Shown here: piece after piece, positions 1 through 10,036 of the stretch
How positions within the stretch are numbered: the stretch's first letter is position 1
How the letters are laid out: every line of letters starts with the position of its first letter
The notes under the pieces: model-generated
Told to the model about the DNA's origin: nothing
The model's input: only the letters and a program-made list of their open reading frames with translations
Database searches by the model: none
NCBI GenBank assembly: GCA_964558665.1
Contig: CAZLFA010000011.1
Location: 4,617-68,616, forward strand
From: an uncultured Syntrophaceae bacterium
GTDB lineage: Bacteria; Desulfobacterota; Syntrophia; Syntrophales; PHBD01
DNA: 64,000 nt
Direction of reading: 5' to 3'
Made by a program: the position numbers and the translations under genes

Positions 1-728
1 AGGAAGGAAAGGGAAAATTCGGGCATCTGCAGAGTCAAATCCAGTGACGGCTTTGTAAAGGTCGGGATGAAACCGCTTACTCCGAGGATGAAATGGATTA
101 TCGTCCCCAGAACAACGGCAACAAGCACTCCCGGAATACGTCCGGGAAGCTCCATCCTGCCGATCAGTACGGCAAAGATTATGCCCAGCGCCACCATCCC
201 CGCTATTATCTCATTGAATATCTCGACAAGCGGCAGGAAACCGAGCAGCAGAAGACCGATGCCGGCAATCGGCCCCAGAAGACCGGCGGTGGGAATTATA
301 CGCTGAATCCAGCGGCCGAAGAACGATATGACCACCTTGACAATACCGATCATAAAGAGCGTACACATCCCCAACTGCCAGGTAAGCTCTGGATCTTTTG
401 TGGCCAGCCAGGCGGGACCCAGAACGGCATAGGCAAGACCTATCGTTGACGGCGTATCGAGGCCCAGCGGCATGGCTGTGACGTCCGCACGGCCGGTCTT
501 TTTCTGAAGACGGACAGCCAGATAAGTATATACCAGATCGCCGAACAGGACGCCGACGGCCGTCCCCGGAATCATCTTCGTCAGGACAATACCCGCCGGA
601 TAGTTAAAGGTGAAAATCAGAATGGCGCTGAGAAAGACAAGCACGCCCACATTATCAAGAAATAACGCAAGGAATGCCGTTGTTTCTCCCCAGAATGCGC
701 TTTTTTGTGCGGGGGAATTCTGCCTCAT
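1..728 (-). CDS. Integral membrane permease, N-terminal part (gene runs off the left edge); possibly xanthine/uracil/vitamin C-type permease superfamily
   Basis: My own translation of the - strand from ATG at 728..726 gives MRQNSPAQKSAFWGETTAFLALFLDNVGVLVFLSAILIF...AMPLGLDTPSTIGLAYAVLGPAWL..., an open frame to position 1 with several hydrophobic helices. It is absent from the ORF track because there is no stop in the window. The family call is from memory only. Confidence 0.6.
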   Translation of the reverse strand, partial: MRQNSPAQKSAFWGETTAFLALFLDNVGVLVFLSAILIFTFNYPAGIVLTKMIPGTAVGVLFGDLVYTYLAVRLQKKTGRADVTAMPLGLDTPSTIGLAYAVLGPAWLATKDPELTWQLGMCTLFMIGIVKVVISFFGRWIQRIIPTAGLLGPIAGIGLLLLGFLPLVEIFNEIIAGMVALGIIFAVLIGRMELPGRIPGVLVAVVLGTIIHFILGVSGFIPTFTKPSLDLTLQMPEFSLSF

Positions 729-731
729 GAA

Positions 732-2927
732 TTACAGGTCTTTTAACAACGCGGCCATGTCTTCCGCCATCGCCGTCCCTGTCTGGTACCGTTTGTCGCG
801 ATCCTTGGCCATCGCCTTGCCTATAATCGCAATCAGCGCATCAGGCACAGCCGGATTAATCTCTTTAACGGGTTTGGGCTCAGACGTTGTAATCTGCAAA
901 AGGAGAGAAGTCAGGCTGTCTCCATGGAACGGCCTTTCACCGGTCAGCAGTTCATAAGCGACAACACCGAGGGAAAAGATGTCCGATCGCCCGTCAACCT
1001 TCTGTCCTTCTACCTGTTCGGGTGACATGTAGCTCGGAGAACCGATGATGACACCGGTATGCGTCCTCGATGTTTCCACAACCCTGGCAATGCCGAAATC
1101 GACGACCTTGACATCGCCTTTCTTTAGGACCCTTATGTTTCCCGGCTTGATGTCACGGTGGACAACGCCGTTGCTGTGCGCATAGTCGAGTGCCGCGGCA
1201 ACGGAAGATATGATCCTGAGTACCTCGTGAACCTCCAACCGCTTCTCCTTGCCGCAGAAAGGAACGAGATCCGTTCCGTCCAGAAGCTCCATGGCCATAT
1301 AGGCTGTGCCCTGGTACTCCCCGACATCATGCACGGTCACTATATTAGGGTGCGTCAATCGTCCTATGGCCTCCGCCTCGCGAAAGAAGCGGTTTTTCGC
1401 CTTGAGCATCTCTTCACTGTCGGTGTCCTGATAGCGAAGGGTTTTAATGGCCACTTCGCGGTTGATGAGCGGGTCTCTGCCGAGATAAACCGTTCCCATG
1501 GCGCCGCGGCCAAGCTCCCTGACAATTTCATAACGGCCGATGTTTTTCCCCGGTTCGGGACTTCGCACAATCATTGTGCCGTCCGCCTTAACTGCATCGC
1601 CCTGTACAAGGGTCTGGTCGGCCTCAACCGCCTTTTCGGCTGCCTCGCTTTTTACAGCCGGTTTCATCCCGTACTCGGAGATGGCAATCATTTCCGCTTC
1701 CCTCATCTGGGCAAGGAAAGACGTGTCCGCAACCTTGCCGATCAACTTGTTCTTGTCGAGGAGAGGATAGTACGATTCCAGCAATGAATAAACCTGTATT
1801 GTGCCTTTCTCCCTGTCGGCAAACAGCTTGGCAACCTGATCGGCTGTAAACAGAACCATGATGTATCGCAGCTGCTCCTCATCGACATTAAGCTTATCCG
1901 CTTCAATGAAGGAAGGCGCATGATGCATATCCACAGAGCTGATCATCAATTCCGAAAACCCCCACTGCTCAAGGGCGATTCTGCCTATCACGGCATGATT
2001 GATGCCCAGCAGGCTGTCCTCCTCGTAGATCACAGTCCGGGTAAAGGTGCTCCAGAACTCAGCCCCCTGCTCCTGAGCCTGCGGCATGCCCAGTATGATA
2101 AGTTTGCCGATGTCATGGATGATCCCCAGTGTAAAAAGAGTGCCCTTGTTGAGCCCCTCGTACATGTCATGCAGGAAAGAGGCGGCAATGGAAACCAGGC
2201 TCGAATGTTTCCAGAGAGTCGCCACAGCTTCTCTCTGCTTGGGCGATCCCGTCTGAAACAGTTGCAGCATGCCTTCCCTGTACAGGATATTCTTGATATT
2301 CTGCAACCCCAGAATCATGAGGGCATGGCTTATGGAATCTATTTTACCCTGCATCCCGAAATAGGGGGAATTGGCCATGCGGAGAATCTTGGCGGTAAGG
2401 ATGGGATCAGCCATGATGATTTTGGAAAGATCGGTCATCTGAACGGCCGGATCGTTTATCACCTTCTGCAGTTTGAAATGCTCGGAACGAACATTTTTCA
2501 TATTGGTTATATGACTGATGATAAGTTCCAGTATATCCTTGCTGATCCTGTCTTTACTGAATATGGGGGGCTGACCGTCCTTCAGAGCCGGAGCAGCGCT
2601 GAACATCGTTTCGATTCCCGCCTGCAGGTGCTTTTTGATGCCGCCGAAGATATCCCCCAATTCCAGCTCATCCGTCACAGGCACTACCGGTGTTTTGGTC
2701 GTTTCCGATGAATAGTCCGGAGAAGCGGATTTTTTGCCGTTTGTTTTGTCCGTTACGGCAGAGCGGCTGGTTGTGGTCCGCGAGGGAGGCGTCCTGGAGG
2801 TCTTGACAGGTTCCTCTTTTTTCTGGTGGGTGAATAGAACATAGAGAAGAACAAGCAGTATTATAACGGCTGCAGATATTATTATTATAATAGCCAAATC
2901 CATATTGAGGTTCTGTCCCCGTTCCAC
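732..2927 (-). CDS. Membrane-anchored HDOD domain / Ser-Thr protein kinase fusion
   Basis: N-terminal TM helix (DLAIIIIISAAVIILLVLLYVLF). HDOD-like block (ADPILTAKILRMANSPYFGMQGKIDSISHALMILGLQNIKNIL...HDIGKL). C-terminal Hanks kinase motifs (GRGAMGTVY, AIK, HRDIKPGN, DFGIA, SPSYMSPEQ). The track start is GTG at 2927; an alternative ATG lies at 2903. Confidence 0.85.
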   Translation of the reverse strand: MERGQNLNMDLAIIIIISAAVIILLVLLYVLFTHQKKEEPVKTSRTPPSRTTTSRSAVTDKTNGKKSASPDYSSETTKTPVVPVTDELELGDIFGGIKKHLQAGIETMFSAAPALKDGQPPIFSKDRISKDILELIISHITNMKNVRSEHFKLQKVINDPAVQMTDLSKIIMADPILTAKILRMANSPYFGMQGKIDSISHALMILGLQNIKNILYREGMLQLFQTGSPKQREAVATLWKHSSLVSIAASFLHDMYEGLNKGTLFTLGIIHDIGKLIILGMPQAQEQGAEFWSTFTRTVIYEEDSLLGINHAVIGRIALEQWGFSELMISSVDMHHAPSFIEADKLNVDEEQLRYIMVLFTADQVAKLFADREKGTIQVYSLLESYYPLLDKNKLIGKVADTSFLAQMREAEMIAISEYGMKPAVKSEAAEKAVEADQTLVQGDAVKADGTMIVRSPEPGKNIGRYEIVRELGRGAMGTVYLGRDPLINREVAIKTLRYQDTDSEEMLKAKNRFFREAEAIGRLTHPNIVTVHDVGEYQGTAYMAMELLDGTDLVPFCGKEKRLEVHEVLRIISSVAAALDYAHSNGVVHRDIKPGNIRVLKKGDVKVVDFGIARVVETSRTHTGVIIGSPSYMSPEQVEGQKVDGRSDIFSLGVVAYELLTGERPFHGDSLTSLLLQITTSEPKPVKEINPAVPDALIAIIGKAMAKDRDKRYQTGTAMAEDMAALLKDL

Positions 2928-3269
2928 TCAGAGCTGTGTCAGACCGGCCGTTATTATTAATCATAACTCTTATAAATATCAAGGATTTTATTATTTATTC
3001 CCCTCATCTGACAAATTATTTGCAGAACGCATGCGGATATTGATCGCCTATTGAGGAAGCAAGAATATCAGCCAGGCAAATCTCTTTATCTATCAACCGG
3101 TTATCTTCGCCAATTGCTGCTTGAGTCTTAATTATTGACTTTATTTTGTGAAGATTTTACTAAGACTGATATTCTTGACACCCAATATTTTTTAACCTAA
3201 GATAAAATATTAAAGTTGTCTGACAAAACAATGCATCGCATGACAGCCATTAACTTGATGGAATAATTA

Positions 3270-5156
3270 ATGAGTGATATTCGTTATCGACTTATCTTCA
3301 ACGGTGTAGCTACAGGCTCTGACCTGAAGAGGATTTTGTACTACTTTCAAAAAGATCTTGGACTGCCCTATGAAAAGATCCAGGGTCTGATGACCAGCTC
3401 TCCCCGTATACTCCAGGAGTTCAGCAACCAGCAGGCAGCGGAGCTTGCACAGGCGGCTCTGACAAGAATCGGCTGTCTAACGCAACTGGATACTGCTGTG
3501 TATTACTCCTATCTGCCGTTTTCCATGCCCCAGAAGCAGGAGATGCAGATCAAAAGAGAACTCAGCAAGGTTTTAAGATGCAGAACCAGCATGGTGATAT
3601 TGTGCGCCCAGATATCTATCGGCAACAGGCCGGCCATGCAGCATACGATGCTCGGATCATTTGAAGAGAAGCTCACCGGATACTTTCGCGAAAGCGATAC
3701 GGTCATCGCCGTGGATGAAGACAACATTATCGTCCTGGGCTTTGCAACGGACAAAGTCGGCGTTCCGGCCATTCAGGGGAAAACATTGCGTGTAATGAAA
3801 AAAATCCTGGGAAATGACGTGGAAATAAAATCCGGATACGCCGTCTTCCCCGAAGAAGGGCAGACGGTGTCAAAACTGATCTACCTGGCAGTCACGCGAA
3901 GAGATGGAAGCGCCGATGAATCCCGCGCAGGGCAGCAGGAAGAGATTGTACAGCAGCAGGAGACCGGAAAGACGGATGAAGGGCGGGAGGCGATTTCCCC
4001 TCTTCAGCTATGTTTTACCCGGGCGCGGGGAAGGATCTTCAAGAGGCTGATGAACATGGAGCTCCAGACGCTCTGGCTGGGATTGAGCCAGATACCCCAA
4101 GAACAGCAGAGAGATTTTCTGGCGAGGCTGCCGTTCGATTCCCCCCTCACCCCGGTTCTGGAAGACTATATCAGCAGCCAGTCCAAGGCATGCGCAAACC
4201 CCATGGAAGAAAGCCATTTCGCGGCAATTATACAGCAGATGGAGCTGGAAGAGGGTATCGCGGAAAGAGACATGCTTTATGACAGGATGACTTCTTCTCT
4301 TTCCCATTCGGAAGACCTCCCGACGCTTCCTTCGGTAGCGACGCAGATATATGACATCGCATCCAATCCGGAATCATCCGGTACTGAGCTGGCCAATCTC
4401 ATCATGAAGGATCCGGCTCTGACATCCAAGCTGCTCAAGACGGTGAATTCCGCCTTCTACGGCAATCCCCAGAAAATCAGTTCCGTTAAGCAGGCCGTCG
4501 TCCTTCTTGGTACGGAAGAAATCGTGGATCTTGCCTTTGGACTGGCAGCAGCCAAAGTCTTTGACACCAAACCTATCGGCGGGCTGATTGATCCGAAGAT
4601 GCTCTGGCATCACGCCATCTGTACCGCTCTGATTGCGCAGAATCTGTGCAAATCCGTTCCTGCGTACCGTGATTCCGGGGTGTTCACAGCCGGCCTTCTC
4701 CACGATGTCGGCAAGATATTCCTCATAGAGAAATTCCCTGACATCTATAAAAAAACATACAGCAGCACAGCAGAGCATGATCTGCCGCTGTTCGAACTCG
4801 AAGAGGATCATTTCGGCATGAACCACGCAACCATAGGCAGAAACCTGTCGTCCCGCTGGAATCTGCCTGAACAGCTTATTTACGCTATTACCTACCACCA
4901 TCAGCCGTTCAACGCATCGCGCCACTCCGGACTGGCCGCCGTAACGGGACTCGCCGACTATCTTTATTACAGGGCAACCGGCAAAGAAGACCCCTCTATG
5001 GATATTCACGGCGACAATCACTGGCTGACGGTCGGACACTGGATTTCACTGACGCAGATTTTTCCGGACATGAGCCCGCAAAAGCTGGACGAAATGACGG
5101 GAGACGCAATCTCCATTATTGAAGACAATAAGGATTACATCTCAGACACCCGCTGA
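3270..5156 (+). CDS. HDOD domain signalling protein with an uncharacterised N-terminal region (possibly a degenerate GGDEF-like segment)
   Basis: C-terminal HDOD signature (LPTLPSVATQIYDIASNPESSGTELANLIMKDPALTSKLLKTVNSAFYGNPQKISSVKQAVVLLG...LHDVGKIFL). The N-terminal 330 aa have no clear catalytic motif. Confidence 0.75.
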   Translation: MSDIRYRLIFNGVATGSDLKRILYYFQKDLGLPYEKIQGLMTSSPRILQEFSNQQAAELAQAALTRIGCLTQLDTAVYYSYLPFSMPQKQEMQIKRELSKVLRCRTSMVILCAQISIGNRPAMQHTMLGSFEEKLTGYFRESDTVIAVDEDNIIVLGFATDKVGVPAIQGKTLRVMKKILGNDVEIKSGYAVFPEEGQTVSKLIYLAVTRRDGSADESRAGQQEEIVQQQETGKTDEGREAISPLQLCFTRARGRIFKRLMNMELQTLWLGLSQIPQEQQRDFLARLPFDSPLTPVLEDYISSQSKACANPMEESHFAAIIQQMELEEGIAERDMLYDRMTSSLSHSEDLPTLPSVATQIYDIASNPESSGTELANLIMKDPALTSKLLKTVNSAFYGNPQKISSVKQAVVLLGTEEIVDLAFGLAAAKVFDTKPIGGLIDPKMLWHHAICTALIAQNLCKSVPAYRDSGVFTAGLLHDVGKIFLIEKFPDIYKKTYSSTAEHDLPLFELEEDHFGMNHATIGRNLSSRWNLPEQLIYAITYHHQPFNASRHSGLAAVTGLADYLYYRATGKEDPSMDIHGDNHWLTVGHWISLTQIFPDMSPQKLDEMTGDAISIIEDNKDYISDTR

Positions 5157-5167
5157 GGATTCAACCG

Positions 5168-6433
5168 ATGAGCGCAACAGATAACAAAGACAAGATATTG
5201 TCGTCAGCCGAAAAGGATGTCTTCAAGCGGCAGTACTTGAAGATGCGGGTCAACTACGAAAACAAGATAAGGGAGCTCTCCATCATTAAAGAGCTCGTCG
5301 ATACGCTTCGCCTCACCGGCGTGTATGACAGGAATGTCCTGTTTTACAACCAGTTGCAGATTGTCAAGAAATATACATCCCTGGAGCAGGCATTTCTCCT
5401 GCTGATGAATGATGAAGTTCAGAAACTGGAACTGGTGGCTAATGCAGACGACAACACCATGGTCGTCCAGAAATTTTTTCTTGAACCCAACCTGGGCACG
5501 GCAGGCCAGGTTCTGACTGAGAAAAGGCCGGTCATGATCAATGATATCGAGGAATCCTGCACACCGGCGGAGAAGAGATGGCTGCGCGGCAAGTCTCTCC
5601 TTGGGATCCCGGTAATGCATAATGACGATGCAGTGGGAATTCTGGCCCTCGTACACACCAGGAAAAGCGGATTCGACCAGAACGATGTCAACTTCTTCCG
5701 GCTGGTTGCAGACCAGGTATCGACAGCGGTTGTCCTTACAAGGATCTATTCCCAGATGCTGAAGGAAGAGAACAAGCGCTTCCTGCTGAGCCGGTTCTTT
5801 TCCAAGAATGTTACAGATGAAATACTGGGAAGCAAGGGATTGCTCAGGCTCGGGGGTGAGAGGAAAGAGGCGACGATCATGTTTGCGGACCTTCACGGCT
5901 TCACCGCCATTTCTGAGAGGCTTGACCAGGAAGAGGTCGTCAGGCTCCTCAATGCCTTCTTTTCCAACATGACACCGATCATCTTTAAAAACGAGGGTAC
6001 GCTGGACAAACTGCTGGGCGACGGCATGATGGCTATTTTCGGGGCACCCATATCCCGTGAAGACGATCCGATACGCGCCATCAAGGCCGCTATCGAGATG
6101 ATGACCGCCCTTCGCTCCTTTAACGACGTCCATCAACCCGACGGATGGCCCCGGCTTACGATGTGCATAGGCGTCAACACCGGCGAAGTTGTTGCCGGTT
6201 ATATCGGCTCCGAAGACCATCTCAACTACACGGTCGTCGGAGACGCCGTCAACGTTGCTCAGCGCCTGCAGTCGATCGCCTCAGAAAGCGAGATCCTGAT
6301 CAGTAAAACAGTCAGGGACGCCATCAAGGAAAAAGAGCATGAGCTGATAGAATTGAAGGGGCTTACAGCGCTTCCACCTCAAAAGGTCAAAGGGAAGCAG
6401 GAGGCTATAGAAGTATTCCGTGTCGAGTATTGA
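5168..6433 (+). CDS. GAF domain-containing class III adenylate/guanylate cyclase
   Basis: Cyclase core motifs (ATIMFADLHGFTAISE, GDGMMAIFGAP, GVNTGEVVAGYIGS..NYTVVGDAVNVAQRLQS) preceded by a GAF-like region. It starts 12 nt after the upstream HDOD gene. Confidence 0.85.
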   Translation: MSATDNKDKILSSAEKDVFKRQYLKMRVNYENKIRELSIIKELVDTLRLTGVYDRNVLFYNQLQIVKKYTSLEQAFLLLMNDEVQKLELVANADDNTMVVQKFFLEPNLGTAGQVLTEKRPVMINDIEESCTPAEKRWLRGKSLLGIPVMHNDDAVGILALVHTRKSGFDQNDVNFFRLVADQVSTAVVLTRIYSQMLKEENKRFLLSRFFSKNVTDEILGSKGLLRLGGERKEATIMFADLHGFTAISERLDQEEVVRLLNAFFSNMTPIIFKNEGTLDKLLGDGMMAIFGAPISREDDPIRAIKAAIEMMTALRSFNDVHQPDGWPRLTMCIGVNTGEVVAGYIGSEDHLNYTVVGDAVNVAQRLQSIASESEILISKTVRDAIKEKEHELIELKGLTALPPQKVKGKQEAIEVFRVEY

Positions 6434-6484
6434 GGGCTATTCCATATCAGAGTGCAGATTGCGTTGACATCTCCGTGAGATTAT

Positions 6485-6593
6485 GCCGGTCAAAGAGGTT
6501 TTCAAGCGGCGAATCAAATATTTTTCCTGTGAAAAATATTCTGAGCAGCGGAAAACCTCTTTGACCGGCATACCAAAGGGTATTACTTTTTTT
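6485..6593 (+). repeat. Palindromic intergenic repeat, copy 1 (+ orientation)
   Basis: GCCGGTCAAAGAGGTTTTCAAGCGGCGAATCAAATATTTTTCCTGTGAAAAATATTCTGAGCAGCGGAAAACCTCTTTGACCGGC followed by ..GGGTATTACTTTTTTT. It lies between convergent gene ends. Confidence 0.9.
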
Positions 6594-6609
6594 ATCTCGT
6601 AATATGGGA

Positions 6610-7665
6610 TTATCTCTGCGCTGAAATCGGACCGTTGATCTGTTTTATTGTCTTGAAGAGGACTTCCGCTACGCACTTGTTTCCTTCCGGGGTGAGGTGA
6701 TCATCCAGTATATAGAAGTTGTCACTTGTCAGATACTCCGACATGTCCAGAACAATCATTCTTTTTATGTATGGGGGATAATCTGCGCCGGCAATCCTTT
6801 TTTTCAGTGTCGAAGTGAAGGCGTTCATCTGATTCTTGCCGTTCATTTCAAAGGCGATGATTTGCACTTCAGCCAGGTCCAGGCCGCTCTTGACAATGGC
6901 GTGAAGAAACAATTCCGCCTCGTCTTTGTCAACCCGTATCGCTGTCACGTCCCTTTTCTCTTCTTTTTTTTCCTGTCTCTCTTTCGCCTCATGAATTTTC
7001 TTATCCAGCTTCAGCTTCAGATACTTGCCGAAGTAGTACGGCCTGTCGGCGCTGTGAATGGCTACGTATTTCTCGAACGTCTCACGGCGCATGGTTTTAA
7101 GGCTGTTGCCGTTAAGGTAAAAATCCCTGTTCTCTTCATAGTCATCATTGCAATACTGGATAATCAGGAATTTCATATGTTCTCTGTTCACGCGTCCCAG
7201 CATCTTCATCTCTCTCACCGTGCCGTACGACGGCACGGCGGTATTGAGGACATTCGTGCCGAGCATTCGTTTCAGCACACTGGAAAACATCTCATCCTGC
7301 TCCACTCCCCAACCCAGAGCGAAGGAATCGCCGACCACGACAATTTCCGGATGTGCAAGGGATGATTCCTCATCGCGTACGCCAAGGGAGTTGACAAGGT
7401 ACCGGTTGCTGAACTCTCTACCCGCAAAAATAAACTCTCCCGGGTTGAGGATATATCCCAAATCGGTATCAAAACGTCCGCATCCCTTCAGAAACTGCAT
7501 GATCCGCCTTTCACCGCTGAAGACATAGAGATGCCCCATACTGTTGATTATGCTTTGCGGGCACATGCGCAGAAGTGCCGGGTTCCGGACCAGAACAAGC
7601 ATGTACATTTCAAGAAGCACAAGCGCTCCCAGCACTGATCCAATTATGACAAAAAGAGACAGCAT
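6610..7665 (-). CDS. Membrane-anchored SGNH/AlgJ-like esterase or O-acyltransferase family protein
   Basis: N-terminal TM helix, GDS block (VVVGDSFALGWGV), and a DDHLTPEG motif that resembles the D-x-H-W/L-T..G motif of AlgJ/AlgX-type SGNH-like proteins. Confidence 0.55.
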   Translation of the reverse strand: MLSLFVIIGSVLGALVLLEMYMLVLVRNPALLRMCPQSIINSMGHLYVFSGERRIMQFLKGCGRFDTDLGYILNPGEFIFAGREFSNRYLVNSLGVRDEESSLAHPEIVVVGDSFALGWGVEQDEMFSSVLKRMLGTNVLNTAVPSYGTVREMKMLGRVNREHMKFLIIQYCNDDYEENRDFYLNGNSLKTMRRETFEKYVAIHSADRPYYFGKYLKLKLDKKIHEAKERQEKKEEKRDVTAIRVDKDEAELFLHAIVKSGLDLAEVQIIAFEMNGKNQMNAFTSTLKKRIAGADYPPYIKRMIVLDMSEYLTSDNFYILDDHLTPEGNKCVAEVLFKTIKQINGPISAQR

Positions 7666-7780
7666 ATCATGTGATCCTTATTTGAACAGATTTCAAACAA
7701 TCCAGAAATTTTCCGGCAACATACATTTTTTCAAATAAATGGGAAAGTAAAAGATGTTAAGAACTCTTCATAAACTGCAA

Positions 7781-7859
7781 CGGGGCTTTCCAGCGGCGAA
7801 TCAAAAATTTCTCCCGTAAAACGAGACGGGAAAAATATTCTGATCCGTAGAAAGCCCCG
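7781..7859 (+). repeat. Palindromic intergenic repeat, copy 2 (+ orientation)
   Basis: CGGGGCTTTCCAGCGGCGAATCAAAAATTTCTCCCGTAAAACGAGACGGGAAAAATATTCTGATCCGTAGAAAGCCCCG. The outer stem differs from copy 1 but is still self-complementary. Confidence 0.85.
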
Positions 7860-7902
7860 TGCGCACGACCACAGTTTTTATAAAATCTTCCGATCCGTTT
7901 AC

Positions 7903-9519
7903 CTATCTCCTGTTGCTTGTTTCGGCCGCAAAATCTAGAAAGCCGCCCTGTTCCCTGTCTTCGTCAGTATATCTCTTCACAGCCGGAGACCGCAGAGTTC
8001 TGACACTTTTTGCCTGCACGCCGTATGCCTTCCTGGCCTGCGGCACTACGCCATTCCCGCCTTCCATGATAATGTTCAGCTCCGCGACAATATGATTCAC
8101 CTCTTCCGCCAGTGCGGCCAGCTCCTCAGAGGCAGCGGCTGTTTCCTCCGAATTTGCCGCGTTCTGCTGGACGACCTTATCCAATTCCACAGTCGTTGAA
8201 CTTATCTGGCTTACCCGCATGCTCAGCTCTTTGCTGGCATTGGTTATGTCAAGCATCTTGTCGCCCATGACGGTTGCCGATTCCACGATCTCTTCAAAAT
8301 TGTCATTTATTCCCTTTATACCCTGTGATGTCTGAATGACGCGCTTTATATTGCTGTCCAGCTTATCACGGGTGTTCTTCGCAGCATCCGCGGCACGGAT
8401 GGCCAGATTCCTGACTTCTTCAGCCACGACGGCAAACCCGACCCCGGCATCACCCGCTCTGGCGGCCTCCACAGCCGCGTTCAGGGCAAGCAGATTAGTT
8501 TGAAAGGCAATCTCGTCAATCGTCTTGATGATCTTCAGCATTTCACTGGCATCGTCTTCGATCTGCCGCATACCCTGCGTCATCTCCACCAGCGACTTGA
8601 GCGACTGCCCTGATTTTTCGATGTTCTGCTTCATAAGATGGTCGGCGCCTGCCGTCAGTTTAGCAACATCCGTACTCATGTTCGCCATTTCTGACAGAGA
8701 CTCGGACGTATTCTCCAGTCCCGCCGCCTGTTCGCTCGCCCCTTCCGCCAGATGCTGGCTTGCCTCGGAAACTTGAGAAGATGCAGTTATCAACTGACTT
8801 GCCGCCTGCTTGAGCCGATTGCTTATGATATTCAGTTTGCCGGACATATAACGTGCAGCCAGATAACAGAACACTATCGCCAAGAGCAGGATGCTCAACT
8901 GAATACCCAGAATGACCATGCTGTTTTGTTTGCCGACGGCTTGCAGATTATGAGCCGTTGCCAGGATTTCATCCTCATAGGAACCGGCGCCAATGATCCA
9001 GTCAAGCGGCTTATAGTGAACCAACCGGGCAAGCTTCATCCTCGCCTCTTTGTCACCCTGATTCTTCCACGGATACCTCAATTCTCCTACAGTGCCCGGC
9101 TTAAGCGTCGTCGCTTTCCTGATAATCTCCTGGACGAAGAAATTGCCGTCAGAATCCTTTGCCTGCCAGATGTTTTCACCATCACGCTTCCCTTCCATGG
9201 AAACGATGTAGTTGCCCTTTGAATCAAGAACGTACACATACCCTGTCGTCCCTATCTTGATTGTCTTCATATAGTCCTTCAGATTCTTCTCCGCCGCGGC
9301 GTCTCCCCCTGCCGGCAGCATGAGGCACATTGCATAGAGGTTCTGGACCGTATGGTCAAGATCGATTCTGGCGGCTTTGACGCTCTCATCCGTTACGGTC
9401 TTCATCATCTGATTGTTCTGGTAAAATACAATGACGGAAATAATCAGCAGCGGGATTGCTGTAAGTAAAATTCCTCCGACAACAAGCTTAACCTTAAACG
9501 ACTGTTGCAGCATCGACAT
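7903..9519 (-). CDS. Methyl-accepting chemotaxis protein with a periplasmic Cache-like sensor
   Basis: Two TM segments flank a ~170 aa periplasmic region. Highly conserved MCP signalling hairpin ([40 protein letters not shown]). GGAGG lies 8 nt upstream of the ATG. Confidence 0.9.
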   Translation of the reverse strand: MSMLQQSFKVKLVVGGILLTAIPLLIISVIVFYQNNQMMKTVTDESVKAARIDLDHTVQNLYAMCLMLPAGGDAAAEKNLKDYMKTIKIGTTGYVYVLDSKGNYIVSMEGKRDGENIWQAKDSDGNFFVQEIIRKATTLKPGTVGELRYPWKNQGDKEARMKLARLVHYKPLDWIIGAGSYEDEILATAHNLQAVGKQNSMVILGIQLSILLLAIVFCYLAARYMSGKLNIISNRLKQAASQLITASSQVSEASQHLAEGASEQAAGLENTSESLSEMANMSTDVAKLTAGADHLMKQNIEKSGQSLKSLVEMTQGMRQIEDDASEMLKIIKTIDEIAFQTNLLALNAAVEAARAGDAGVGFAVVAEEVRNLAIRAADAAKNTRDKLDSNIKRVIQTSQGIKGINDNFEEIVESATVMGDKMLDITNASKELSMRVSQISSTTVELDKVVQQNAANSEETAAASEELAALAEEVNHIVAELNIIMEGGNGVVPQARKAYGVQAKSVRTLRSPAVKRYTDEDREQGGFLDFAAETSNRR

Positions 9520-9700
9520 GATAATATCCTCCTTTTCCTGAGCTTACGTATTTTGATTTACTGATATATTGTCGTGTCTTCCCGTTTCAGAGAAAACCTG
9601 TCTTCAATCTGAAGATTCCATCCCGGCGGTCTTTCAACTGTGTCACTGCACGGGATGCAGCTTTGCATCTTTATCCGCGGACAAGTATTCTGCGGCCTGA

Positions 9701-10003
9701 TCACTTGCCGGAGATGGTGAATATTGTTTCCAGCTTCAGTTCATGAAAAAGCTGCAGAATATCATTTTGCACATTCACCAGCAGGACCCTCCCTCCCTGC
9801 ATGGCAATGTTCTTGTAGAAAAGGAGGAGCTTTCCTATTCCCGAACTGCCGATGTAGGATACATCAGACATGTCTATGGTCACTTCCTTGAGAGCAGCCA
9901 GTTCTCGAAGTTTTGCCTTCAACGCCTCGGCCCCCTTTTCATCAACGTCACCCCTGATTTCAACTCTCCCGCTATTTTCATTCCGGCTTACTGTGATTTC
10001 CAT
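9701..10003 (-). CDS. STAS domain protein (anti-sigma factor antagonist, SpoIIAA/RsbV-like)
   Basis: 100 aa with the typical STAS phosphorylatable-Ser region DMSDVSYIGSSGIGKLL. It lies 33 nt downstream of the PP2C/kinase fusion gene. Confidence 0.8.
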   Translation of the reverse strand: MEITVSRNENSGRVEIRGDVDEKGAEALKAKLRELAALKEVTIDMSDVSYIGSSGIGKLLLFYKNIAMQGGRVLLVNVQNDILQLFHELKLETIFTISGK

Positions 10004-10036
10004 ATGGCATCTCCTTTGCTTATTTATTGTTTCCGG

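Noticed and set aside
67-449. Two overlapping + strand ORFs (79 and 118 aa) at the left edge
   Set aside because: They are antisense to a continuous, clearly membrane-protein-like - strand frame (1..728). Their translations are Pro/Arg/Thr-rich with no motif, so they are shadow ORFs.
5204-6220. 338-aa - strand ORF opposite the GAF-cyclase gene
   Set aside because: The + strand frame carries unmistakable class III cyclase motifs. The antisense translation has no recognisable domain and is typical of a shadow ORF in moderately GC-rich DNA. The same reasoning applies to 17877..18923, 16287..17069, 41948..42829, 46489..47277, 47351..48127 and similar long antisense ORFs.
6437-6676. Small - strand ORFs at 6437..6676 and 59827..60102 that share a peptide (..EVIPF..PVKE.FR.SEYFSQEK.LIRR.K.S..), which looks like a conserved small-protein family
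   Set aside because: The shared peptide is simply the translation of palindromic repeat copies 1 and 7. Other copies of the repeat are not in open frames, so the conservation is at the DNA/RNA level, not the protein level.
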